Below, piece by piece: positions 27,865 through 35,732 of a stretch of DNA of 62,220 nucleotides. The notes beneath the pieces were generated by a model. The model was given only the letters and a program-made list of their open reading frames with translations. It ran no database searches and was not told where the DNA came from. Every line of letters begins with the position of its first letter. Position 1 is the first letter of the stretch. Position numbers and translations under genes: made by a program. Source of the stretch: Acidobacteriota bacterium (GTDB taxonomy: Bacteria > Acidobacteriota > JAQAZP01); the NCBI GenBank assembly GCA_032127265.1, contig JAQAZP010000019.1:1-62220 (forward strand). Direction: 5' to 3'.

Positions 27865-29075
27865 TGGCGATGACATTGAGCATCGGTCAAGCCCGCCGTC
27901 TGGCCCTGGCTCGTGCCGGGCTCCTCAAACCCCAATGGACCGGCATGCCGCACCGTGCCGCCGGCCGTGGAAAACGGGCTCTCGACGCGGCGCATCTGGT
28001 TATCGGCCGGTTCGGCTATCTGCAACTGGACACCGTCTCCATTGCCGGCGCCAGGAGTCACGTCATCGTCCTGCTCTCCCGCCTCCAGGGGTTCGCCCCT
28101 TCTCTCGGCGAGCAGCTGCTTTGCCCCGGTAATCCGCTGTTCGAGTACTGGGGTCATGAGGCAAGCTGGATTCCTCTCGACCTCTACCCCCTGTTCGGTT
28201 TTCGCCGGCGGGAGTTTCGCACCCACCCCTGGTGGGGAGATGTGCTGGCCCAACATCCCCGGGTGGCCGCGCGGCTCCGCCGCCGGATCAGGGAAGAGGG
28301 GCCTTTGCTTTCCATCGAACTGGAAGGACGGGGGAGCCGTGGCTGGTGGGACCAGAAAATAGCGCGGCAGGTGGCCTCAGCCCTGTGGTCCAGCGGGGAT
28401 CTGGCCATCCGCGAGCGGAGAAAATTCCAGCGGGTCTTCGACCTGGCCGAGCGGGTGATCCCCGACCGGATACGCGGCCGGTCGGTGGGACTGCCGGCCA
28501 GTCTCGACCGGCTGCTGCTCAAGGCGCTGGAGGGACATGGCTGGGCCTCCACCGGGACGCTGGCCTCCACCTGGCGGCTCACCAATCGCCGGGACCAGCT
28601 GGTTGCAGCGCTCCATCGTCTGACCCGCCGGGGAGAGGTGGTGCCCTGTTCCCTGGACAACCCGGAAGGACCACCATCAACTGGTTGGATCCGGCCGGCA
28701 GACCTGGAGCTGGCATTCCGATTGGACCGGGTACGCCCGGGCAGGGATCGGGGAGTGCTGCTTTCACCCTTTGACCCGCTGCTCTGGGACCGGGCGCGGG
28801 TCCGCTTGCTGTTCGGGTTCGAACAGGTGCTGGAGATTTACAAGCCGGCGCCGAATCGGCGATACGGTTACTACTGCCTGCCGGTTCTGGCCGGTGAGCG
28901 GCTCGTTGCCCGCTACGACTTCAAGACGGACCGAAAAAAAGGCCTGCTCCGGGTGCTCTCCTGTATGTATGAGGGGCAGGATTCCCTCCGGCCGGCCTGT
29001 GCCGCTGACGGTGAAGCGGCCCGCTCCGCGCTCCAGCGGTATGCCGGCGCCCTGGGCCTCGAGCCTGTTTGGTAA
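27861..29075 (+). CDS. Winged-helix YcaQ/AlkZ-family protein (DUF1006; DNA interstrand-crosslink glycosylase family)
   Basis: 404 aa. LSIGQARRLALARAGL..., FGYLQLDTVSIAGARSHVIVLLSRL, EYWGHEASWIP, and the C-terminal YGYYCLPVL..RYDFKTDRKKGLL are typical of the family. Confidence 0.8.
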   Translation: MMAMTLSIGQARRLALARAGLLKPQWTGMPHRAAGRGKRALDAAHLVIGRFGYLQLDTVSIAGARSHVIVLLSRLQGFAPSLGEQLLCPGNPLFEYWGHEASWIPLDLYPLFGFRRREFRTHPWWGDVLAQHPRVAARLRRRIREEGPLLSIELEGRGSRGWWDQKIARQVASALWSSGDLAIRERRKFQRVFDLAERVIPDRIRGRSVGLPASLDRLLLKALEGHGWASTGTLASTWRLTNRRDQLVAALHRLTRRGEVVPCSLDNPEGPPSTGWIRPADLELAFRLDRVRPGRDRGVLLSPFDPLLWDRARVRLLFGFEQVLEIYKPAPNRRYGYYCLPVLAGERLVARYDFKTDRKKGLLRVLSCMYEGQDSLRPACAADGEAARSALQRYAGALGLEPVW

Positions 29076-29193
29076 GACCTCAATTCCAGTGTAGAATCAG
29101 GATCTCAGGTGGGCGGCTACCGTGCGTGCCGAACATGCTGATTGATGTAACTAATTGTATTATCGTTGTTTACTTGGAACAGGAGCTAGTTCT

Positions 29194-29739
29194 ATGAAAA
29201 AGTGGATCTGCACCATCTGCGGTTACGTTCACGAGGGCGACACCCGTCCGGATGCCTGCCCCCAGTGCGGCGCGCCGGCGGAGAAATTCGAGGAACAGAG
29301 TGGTGGCGAGGAGATGGCCTGGGCCGATGAACACCGGATCGGTGTGGCCAAGGACGTGGACCAGGAGATTCTCGATGGGTTGAGGGCCAACTTCACCGGC
29401 GAGTGCACCGAGGTGGGCATGTATCTGGCGATGAGCCGCCAGGCCGAACGGGAGGGCCACCCCGAAGTGGCCGAGGCCTACAAGCGGATCGCCTTCGAGG
29501 AGGCGGAGCATGCCTCCAGGTTTGCCGAACTGCTCGGTGAAGTGCTGGTGGCCGACACCAGGGAAAACCTCAAGGCCCGGGTTGCCGCCGAGCACGGGGC
29601 CTGCAAGGGCAAGAAGGACATCGCCACCAGGGCCAAGGAACTGGGTTACGACGCGATTCACGACACGGTGCACGAAATGTGCAAGGACGAAGCGCGGCAC
29701 GGAATGGCCTTCAAGGGGCTTCTCGAGCGCTATTTCTAG
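29194..29739 (+). CDS. Reverse rubrerythrin (N-terminal rubredoxin-like Cys4 domain plus ferritin-like diiron domain)
   Basis: [34 protein letters not shown], then the diiron helices [33 protein letters not shown] and [18 protein letters not shown] 8 nt upstream. Confidence 0.9.
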   Translation: MKKWICTICGYVHEGDTRPDACPQCGAPAEKFEEQSGGEEMAWADEHRIGVAKDVDQEILDGLRANFTGECTEVGMYLAMSRQAEREGHPEVAEAYKRIAFEEAEHASRFAELLGEVLVADTRENLKARVAAEHGACKGKKDIATRAKELGYDAIHDTVHEMCKDEARHGMAFKGLLERYF

Positions 29740-29788
29740 AAAATCCTGCCAGAAGCACCCGGTGTTCAGTCTCCGGGATGCAGCCTTC

Positions 29789-29845
29789 AACGCCTGTCCC
29801 CGGGGGACCGTTCCCGTCCCTCGAAGACAGGCGTTTTTATTATTG
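29789..29845 (+). terminator. Intrinsic terminator after rubrerythrin
   Basis: AACGCCTGTC (29789-29798) pairs with GACAGGCGTT (29826-29835). An inner GGGAC/GTCCC pairing lies within. TTTTTATTATT follows. Confidence 0.6.
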
Positions 29846-30020
29846 TGCGAACGCTCATCATTTCGGGTAAATTATTCCTGCTGTTGACTTAATCCGTATT
29901 TGACATGTTTGCTAATGGGCCGAGGGGCGGTGGCCGATCAGCAGAAGGAGCACTGGTTCCTGACCGATCTGTTTCCCTGGCCCGGGAGTCCGGGTTAGAA
30001 GCGTGGTGGAGCTTTAGTCG

Positions 30021-32027
30021 ATGACGGTGAAGATCAATGAGGTGGGGGCCCTGGAGGCTGAACTGGCCGAGGCCCGTCGACGGATCGCCGAGCTGGAGGA
30101 GACGGAGAGCCGGCTGCGTCATGCCGAGGCAGAGTTGATCCGTGAGAAAAGCTTCACCGATTCGGCAATGGACAGTCTCCCCGGGATTTTCTACCTCTTC
30201 GACCAGAGTGGACGGTTTCTCCGCTGGAATCGCAACTTCCAGGAGGTCTGTGAATACTCAGCGGAGGAGATCGCCGCCATGCATCCCGCAGAGCTCTTCA
30301 CCGGTGACGACCGGGATCATATCGTGAAGGCTATCAACCGGGCCTTCACCCACGGCACCTCGGACGCCGAAGCGGCCTTCACCACCAAGTCCGGTTGCAG
30401 AATACCCTACTACTTCACCGGTCACTGTCTGGAGGCGGACGGGAAAAAATATTTGGTGGGGATGGGACTCGATATCAGTGAGAGAAGAAGAAACGAGAAG
30501 GAACTGCGTCAGTCGGAAGCCAAGTATCATTCGCTGGTGGATCACTCCAACGACGCCATATACCTGTTGCGCGACGGGAAGTTCGAAGTGATCAACTCCA
30601 AGTTCGAGGAGATTTTCGGCGTGACCCAGGAGGAGGTCCAGCGCCCCGATTTCATTTTCCTCGACCTGGTGGCCCCGAAGAGCCGGGAGCTGATTCTCGA
30701 ACGGGGCCGGAGGATCGCCCGTGGCGAACCGCTGAATCAGAACTACGAGTTTACGGCCATCGGCCGCGACGGCCTGGAGGTGGAGGTGGAGGTGTCGGTG
30801 GCCCACATCCCCTACGAGGGTGGTACGGCCAGCCAGGGCATCCTGCGCGATGTCACCAATCGAAAGCGTCTGGAGGCTGAACTGCTCCAGGCGCAGAAGA
30901 TGGAAGCCGTGGGGCGGCTGGCCGGCGGCGTGGCTCATGACTTCAACAACATCATGACCTGCATTCTGGGCAACGCCGACCTGGTGCTCAGTGAACTCGG
31001 CCCGGAGCAGGACATCCGTGAGTATCTGGACGAGATCGTCACTGCCGGCAACCGGGCGGCGGCTCTCACCCGGCAGTTGCTGGCCTTCAGCCGGCGACAG
31101 ATGCTTCAACCAATGGTGTTGAATCTCAATGATCTGGTGACCGATCTGGAGAAGATGCTTCGGCGGCTGATCGGCGAGGACGTTGAGCTGGTTACCAGGC
31201 TGCATCCGGAGACCGGGTGCGTCCAGGCTGACCCGGGCCAGCTGGAGCAGGTGCTGATGAATCTGGCGGTGAATGCCCGGGACGCCATGCCCCGCGGCGG
31301 CCGATTGACCATCGAGACCGCGGCCAGGACGCTGGTCAAGAAGCACGTGGACAGCAAGGTGACCATCCCGCCGGGATCTTACGCCGCGTTGACGGTGAGC
31401 GATTCCGGCACGGGTATGGACGAGAAGACCATGGCCAACATTTTCGAGCCCTTCTTCACCACCAAGGAAGTGGGGCAGGGGACCGGACTTGGCCTCTCCA
31501 TGGTTTTTGGCAGCATCAAGCAGAGCGAAGGCTACATCCTGGTTTCCAGCGAGCCGGGTCGGGGCACGTCGTTCACTATGTATCTGCCGCTGGTCGATGA
31601 AGAACCGGCCCGGGTCCAGAACGAAAGTCCGGAGGACAAGCCGAAACCCGACCGGGAAACGGTGCTGGTCGTGGAGGATGACCTGCGGGTGCTCCAGCTG
31701 GTGCGGGCCATTTTGCGGCAGAACGGGTACACCGTGCTTCAGGCTGAAAACGGGGCGGAGGCGATCCAGTGCCTTGATGGGCGGAGTGAGCCGGTGGACC
31801 TGATGATCACCGACGTAGTGATGCCGAAAATGAGCGGCCGGGAACTGGCCGATCTGGTCCTTAACATGCAACCGGACATGAAGGTGATCTACACGTCGGG
31901 CTACACCGGCAGTGCCTTTTATCGCGAGGGATTTCCTGATTCCGACTCGATCTTCCTGCCCAAGCCCTTCACCCCCCAGGCGCTGGTGAGCAAGGTCCGC
32001 GAGGTGCTCGACCAGCCTGTTGCCTGA
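30021..32027 (+). CDS. Hybrid sensor histidine kinase: coiled coil, PAS-PAS, HisKA-HATPase_c, REC
   Basis: 668 aa. H-box: KMEAVGRLAGGVAHDFNNIMTCI. ATPase: DSGTGMD..GTGLGLSMVFG. Receiver: VLVVEDDLRVL..DLMITDVVMPKMSG. Confidence 0.9.
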   Translation: MTVKINEVGALEAELAEARRRIAELEETESRLRHAEAELIREKSFTDSAMDSLPGIFYLFDQSGRFLRWNRNFQEVCEYSAEEIAAMHPAELFTGDDRDHIVKAINRAFTHGTSDAEAAFTTKSGCRIPYYFTGHCLEADGKKYLVGMGLDISERRRNEKELRQSEAKYHSLVDHSNDAIYLLRDGKFEVINSKFEEIFGVTQEEVQRPDFIFLDLVAPKSRELILERGRRIARGEPLNQNYEFTAIGRDGLEVEVEVSVAHIPYEGGTASQGILRDVTNRKRLEAELLQAQKMEAVGRLAGGVAHDFNNIMTCILGNADLVLSELGPEQDIREYLDEIVTAGNRAAALTRQLLAFSRRQMLQPMVLNLNDLVTDLEKMLRRLIGEDVELVTRLHPETGCVQADPGQLEQVLMNLAVNARDAMPRGGRLTIETAARTLVKKHVDSKVTIPPGSYAALTVSDSGTGMDEKTMANIFEPFFTTKEVGQGTGLGLSMVFGSIKQSEGYILVSSEPGRGTSFTMYLPLVDEEPARVQNESPEDKPKPDRETVLVVEDDLRVLQLVRAILRQNGYTVLQAENGAEAIQCLDGRSEPVDLMITDVVMPKMSGRELADLVLNMQPDMKVIYTSGYTGSAFYREGFPDSDSIFLPKPFTPQALVSKVREVLDQPVA

Positions 32028-32036
32028 ACCTCCTGG

Positions 32037-33455
32037 TTACGGCTCCAGAGGAAGATACCCCAGACTTTGAAGTTGTTCGATGCGGGAGTCTTCGCCCGGG
32101 TTTTGCCGGGAAAGGGATCGTCTGCTGAGCAGGAATTCCTTCGTGGAGTGGGTCCGCTTCTGCCAGGGCTGGCGGTCGATCTGGAACCTCTCGGTGAAGA
32201 GCTCCTGAAGGACCCGGCCTTCCATGTCACGGCCCAGGGGAAGACGCAGCATGGCCAGGATAGTCGGCGCAATGTCGTAGACGCTGCCCATTGTGGTCAG
32301 ATCATCCAACTGGAGACTTGTCGGTGAGACCGCATTTTGCAGCGGCTCGATAAAAGGTCCGGCGGTGATGAAGATTCCTGGCGGCCCATTGGGGTGGTGA
32401 GCGGAGTTGACATCGGCCGGCGGGTCGTCCGGGTCAAAAAGATTGTTGCGATTCACCGGAACCATGCCGTGGTCGGAAACAATTACAACGGTCACCTCTT
32501 CCGGGCAGAGATCGATCAGCCGGCCAATTTCCCCGTCGAGCCAGGTGTAATAGCTGGTGATCACACCGCCGAAATTGGTGATTTGGTCGGCGGTGGGGGG
32601 ATGGTCATACAGCTCCGGTTTCATATAGCGGAAGAAGCGGTGACCGGCCACGTCCGATCCGCCGAAGTAGACCATCGCCAGGTCGAAGGGTTCTTTCCCG
32701 GCGATCAACTGCCCGGCGATTCGGGAATAGGTCTGGTCTGCTCGGAAAGACCACTGGCAGTTGGACCAGAGCCGATGGCCGAGACGTGAGAGCGGGTGGG
32801 AGAACCGGCCGAAAATTTCCTCGGTGAGTCGGGGCAGGTCGGCCTCCACCTCGCCTAGAATCTGCATCAGGTCGCTCTCCAGTTCCGGCGGATAGACTTG
32901 CCCGGGCACGCCGGGACGGAGGGTTCCCTTCCAGGTGACTTTTCCCGCGCTGGTGTCGAACTGGTCCAGGGTGTTGGTCTGGGCCACCATCACCCCGTTC
33001 ACCTGTTCAGCGGGGTAGGTCATCCACCAGCCCACCACGCAGACCCGCTTCTCGAAATCGGTTAGGATGTTCCACAGCGCGGCGGCCCGCCGGGAACTGT
33101 TGTCGTAGAGTGTGGTTTTCCGCGGTCGGCGGGTATCGGCGAATCCGTTGATGCCGTGTACGCTCTTTGACACCCCGGTGGCCACCGTGGTCCAGATCAC
33201 CGGTGAGACGGTGGGGGTCAGCGTTTCCAGCAACCCGCTGCGGCCCTGGTCCATCAGCCGCTCGAGAGTGGGCATTCGGCCTTCGGCGATCAGCGGCAGG
33301 GCCAGATCCCATTCGATACCGTCCACACCGATGAGCAGGATCGGTGAACTCACCGGCTGGTCCCGCCATGATCCGCAGGCGAAGGAGACGGCGAAGAGAA
33401 CCAGGATGGTCAGTAACAGGGGTACATAAAAAAGGGGTTTGAAATTTTCGTGCAC
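32037..33455 (-). CDS. Alkaline-phosphatase-superfamily protein (type I phosphodiesterase / nucleotide pyrophosphatase-like)
   Basis: ILLIGVDGIEWDL..., LETLTPTVSPVIWTTVATG..HG, MVYFGGSDVAGH and VIVSDHGM match the AP-superfamily metal and nucleophile motifs. I prefer the GTG start at 33455 (AAGAGG upstream, then MHENFKPLFYVPLLLTILVLFAVSFA signal). The track start at 33647 would overlap the divergent gene. Confidence 0.7.
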   Translation of the reverse strand: MHENFKPLFYVPLLLTILVLFAVSFACGSWRDQPVSSPILLIGVDGIEWDLALPLIAEGRMPTLERLMDQGRSGLLETLTPTVSPVIWTTVATGVSKSVHGINGFADTRRPRKTTLYDNSSRRAAALWNILTDFEKRVCVVGWWMTYPAEQVNGVMVAQTNTLDQFDTSAGKVTWKGTLRPGVPGQVYPPELESDLMQILGEVEADLPRLTEEIFGRFSHPLSRLGHRLWSNCQWSFRADQTYSRIAGQLIAGKEPFDLAMVYFGGSDVAGHRFFRYMKPELYDHPPTADQITNFGGVITSYYTWLDGEIGRLIDLCPEEVTVVIVSDHGMVPVNRNNLFDPDDPPADVNSAHHPNGPPGIFITAGPFIEPLQNAVSPTSLQLDDLTTMGSVYDIAPTILAMLRLPLGRDMEGRVLQELFTERFQIDRQPWQKRTHSTKEFLLSRRSLSRQNPGEDSRIEQLQSLGYLPLEP

Positions 33456-33594
33456 GATCAACCTCTTTATCGATGTTCGAAAACCAACCCATGTTTCAAA
33501 GCATAGTTTATAAAGACAGTCTACCACACAGTTGAGAAAAATTTGAAACTGTATGGATTGCCAGGTCACGACACGAGGAGGAGATACATTGACC

Positions 33595-34170
33595 ATGCCC
33601 AAAGTATTGGCTTTTGCCGGCAGCAGCCGCGAAGAATCGTTCAACAAAAAACTGCTGCGACTCGCCGCTGCCGGTGCCGAGAGTGCCGGCGCCGAAGTGA
33701 AAATGATCGCCCTGGCGGACTATCCCATGCCCCTGTTCGACCAGGACCTGGAAGCGAGGGACGGCATGCCTGCTCCGGCCCACAATTTCAAGCAGCTGCT
33801 CATCGAACACGACGGGTTTCTCATCGCTTCGCCGGAATACAACGGCGCGTTCAGCCCGCTGCTGAAGAATGCCCTCGACTGGGCCTCCCGGGCCGAATCG
33901 GAGAGCGAACCGCCCTATGCGGCATACCAGGGGAAAGTGGCGGCCGTGATGGCCGCTTCCCCCGGGGGGCTCGGCGGAATGCGGGGGCTGGTCCACCTGC
34001 GGATGCTGCTGGGAAATCTCCAGGTGCTGGTTCTCCCGGGGCAACAGACCCTGTCCCAGGCCTTCAAGGCTTTTACCGAGCAGGGGGAACTGGCCGACCA
34101 GAAGAAGCAGACCGCCGTGCTCGGCCTGGGGGCCGAACTGGTCAGGGCGCTGGAGAGATTGAAGGGCTGA
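33595..34170 (+). CDS. NAD(P)H-dependent FMN reductase family oxidoreductase
   Basis: MPKVLAFAGSSREESFNKKLL...FLIASPEYNGAFSPLLKNALDW. GGAGGAG RBS. Confidence 0.85.
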   Translation: MPKVLAFAGSSREESFNKKLLRLAAAGAESAGAEVKMIALADYPMPLFDQDLEARDGMPAPAHNFKQLLIEHDGFLIASPEYNGAFSPLLKNALDWASRAESESEPPYAAYQGKVAAVMAASPGGLGGMRGLVHLRMLLGNLQVLVLPGQQTLSQAFKAFTEQGELADQKKQTAVLGLGAELVRALERLKG

Positions 34171-34183
34171 CCATCCCGACAGT

Positions 34184-35032
34184 TCAGCTGGAGCGGGTGG
34201 TGGCGTCGCGGAAGGGGAGGAAAAACCGCCGGACCAGCGACGTGGGGAACGCGTCATCCCCCTGATACCCGATGCGCTCGGGCTGCCGCCGGTGATCAGG
34301 CAGGTAGGCCGTGCCACACAGCCAGTCCCAGAGACTGAAGACGATGGCGTAGTTCTGGCCCCAGCGGCCGTGAAGTTCCACGTCATGGTGCCAGATGTGC
34401 ATCCGTGGCGAGTTGAGCAGGTAGCGGAGCGGGCCCCAGGAGATGTTCAGGTTGGCGTGGTTGAGGTGCCCGATGGCAGTGGTAATGACCGCTACTGCCA
34501 GAATTGCCTGCCATGAGGCCCCGAGAAGTGAGAGCGGAATATATTTCACCGTGTTGTAGACGATGATCTCAACCCAGTGGAAACGAAAATTTCCGATCCA
34601 GTCCATCACCCGGATCGAGTGGTGCAGGCGGTGAAAGCGCCAGAGCCAGCCCACCCGGTGCAGCAGGCGGTGCACGCCGTACTCGATCAGGTCGGCGGCC
34701 AGCAGGAAAATGGGGATCTGGGCCCACAGCGGCAGGGGCTCGATCAGGGCGGCGTGCTCCACCGGGGTCCGCATCATCAGTGAGCATTCCAGGCAGTCGA
34801 TTTCGCAGATCCAGTTGAAAAAGTAGGCAGAGAGATAGCCGAAGCAAAACCCGTTGAAGACCAGCCAGAAGATATCCTGTCCCAGCTGTGACCTGAACAG
34901 GGGCTGGCCCCGGCGCCAGGGAGCGGCCCGTTCCAGAAGAAATACCGCCAGCGATATCGCCGCGAGATGGAACCAGTACTGGTGATAGATCATGAGCCGC
35001 CCCTGCTCCATGGTGAACCGGAATTTTAACAC
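34184..35032 (-). CDS. Sterol desaturase / fatty-acid hydroxylase family membrane protein
   Basis: Histidine boxes HRLLH, HRLHHS and HIWHHD in a polytopic protein. The exact start is uncertain (35032, 35011 or 34993). Confidence 0.8.
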   Translation of the reverse strand: MLKFRFTMEQGRLMIYHQYWFHLAAISLAVFLLERAAPWRRGQPLFRSQLGQDIFWLVFNGFCFGYLSAYFFNWICEIDCLECSLMMRTPVEHAALIEPLPLWAQIPIFLLAADLIEYGVHRLLHRVGWLWRFHRLHHSIRVMDWIGNFRFHWVEIIVYNTVKYIPLSLLGASWQAILAVAVITTAIGHLNHANLNISWGPLRYLLNSPRMHIWHHDVELHGRWGQNYAIVFSLWDWLCGTAYLPDHRRQPERIGYQGDDAFPTSLVRRFFLPFRDATTRSS

Positions 35033-35117
35033 AGTGTGTTAAAATGGCCGTAACCGACACATTTCCGGTTCGACGATGTCACCGTTGAGTAACTGCATTT
35101 CGGACAGGGGACCAACC

Positions 35118-35732
35118 ATGCATCCTGATGCTCACAGCAAAACCGAGCCGCTGGTGCTGCTGGCCCTCTGCCTGCTGGCCCTGGTCGTCTCCGGAATCGG
35201 GCCCTTCGACCGGGCCACCTGGTGGATGGAAGTGGCCCCGGTGTTCATCGGGATCCCGCTGCTGATCATCACCTGGAACCGCTTCCGTCCCACACCGCTG
35301 CTCTACCGGCTGCTCTTCATCCACGCCCTGATCCTGATTGTCGGTGGACACTACACCTACGCCAGGGTTCCGCCCGGTTTCTGGGTCCAGGAGCTCTTCG
35401 ACCTCGGACGCAACCACTACGACCGGCTGGGGCACCTGGCCCAGGGCTTCATCCCGGCCATCCTGGCCCGCGAACTGCTGCGCAAGCAGGTGCCGGCCCT
35501 GCGAGGCGGCTGGCTCTTCTTCCTCGTCACCTGCGTCTGTCTCGCCTTCAGCGCTTTTTACGAGCTGATCGAGTGGTGGGCGGCACTGGCCGGCGGGGAG
35601 GCCGCCGATTCGTTCCTCGGCACCCAGGGTGATGTCTGGGACACCCAGTGGGACATGCTCCTCGCCCTGCTGGGCGCACTGCTCTCGCTGACCCTGCTCT
35701 CGCGGATTCACGACAGACAGCTGGATCGTTAG
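35118..35732 (+). CDS. DUF2238 (YjdF-like) inner-membrane protein
   Basis: MHPDAHSK..., WWMEVAPVFIGIPLLIITWNRFRPTPLLY, GGHYTYARVP and NHYDRLGHLAQGF are typical of DUF2238. Confidence 0.75.
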   Translation: MHPDAHSKTEPLVLLALCLLALVVSGIGPFDRATWWMEVAPVFIGIPLLIITWNRFRPTPLLYRLLFIHALILIVGGHYTYARVPPGFWVQELFDLGRNHYDRLGHLAQGFIPAILARELLRKQVPALRGGWLFFLVTCVCLAFSAFYELIEWWAALAGGEAADSFLGTQGDVWDTQWDMLLALLGALLSLTLLSRIHDRQLDR

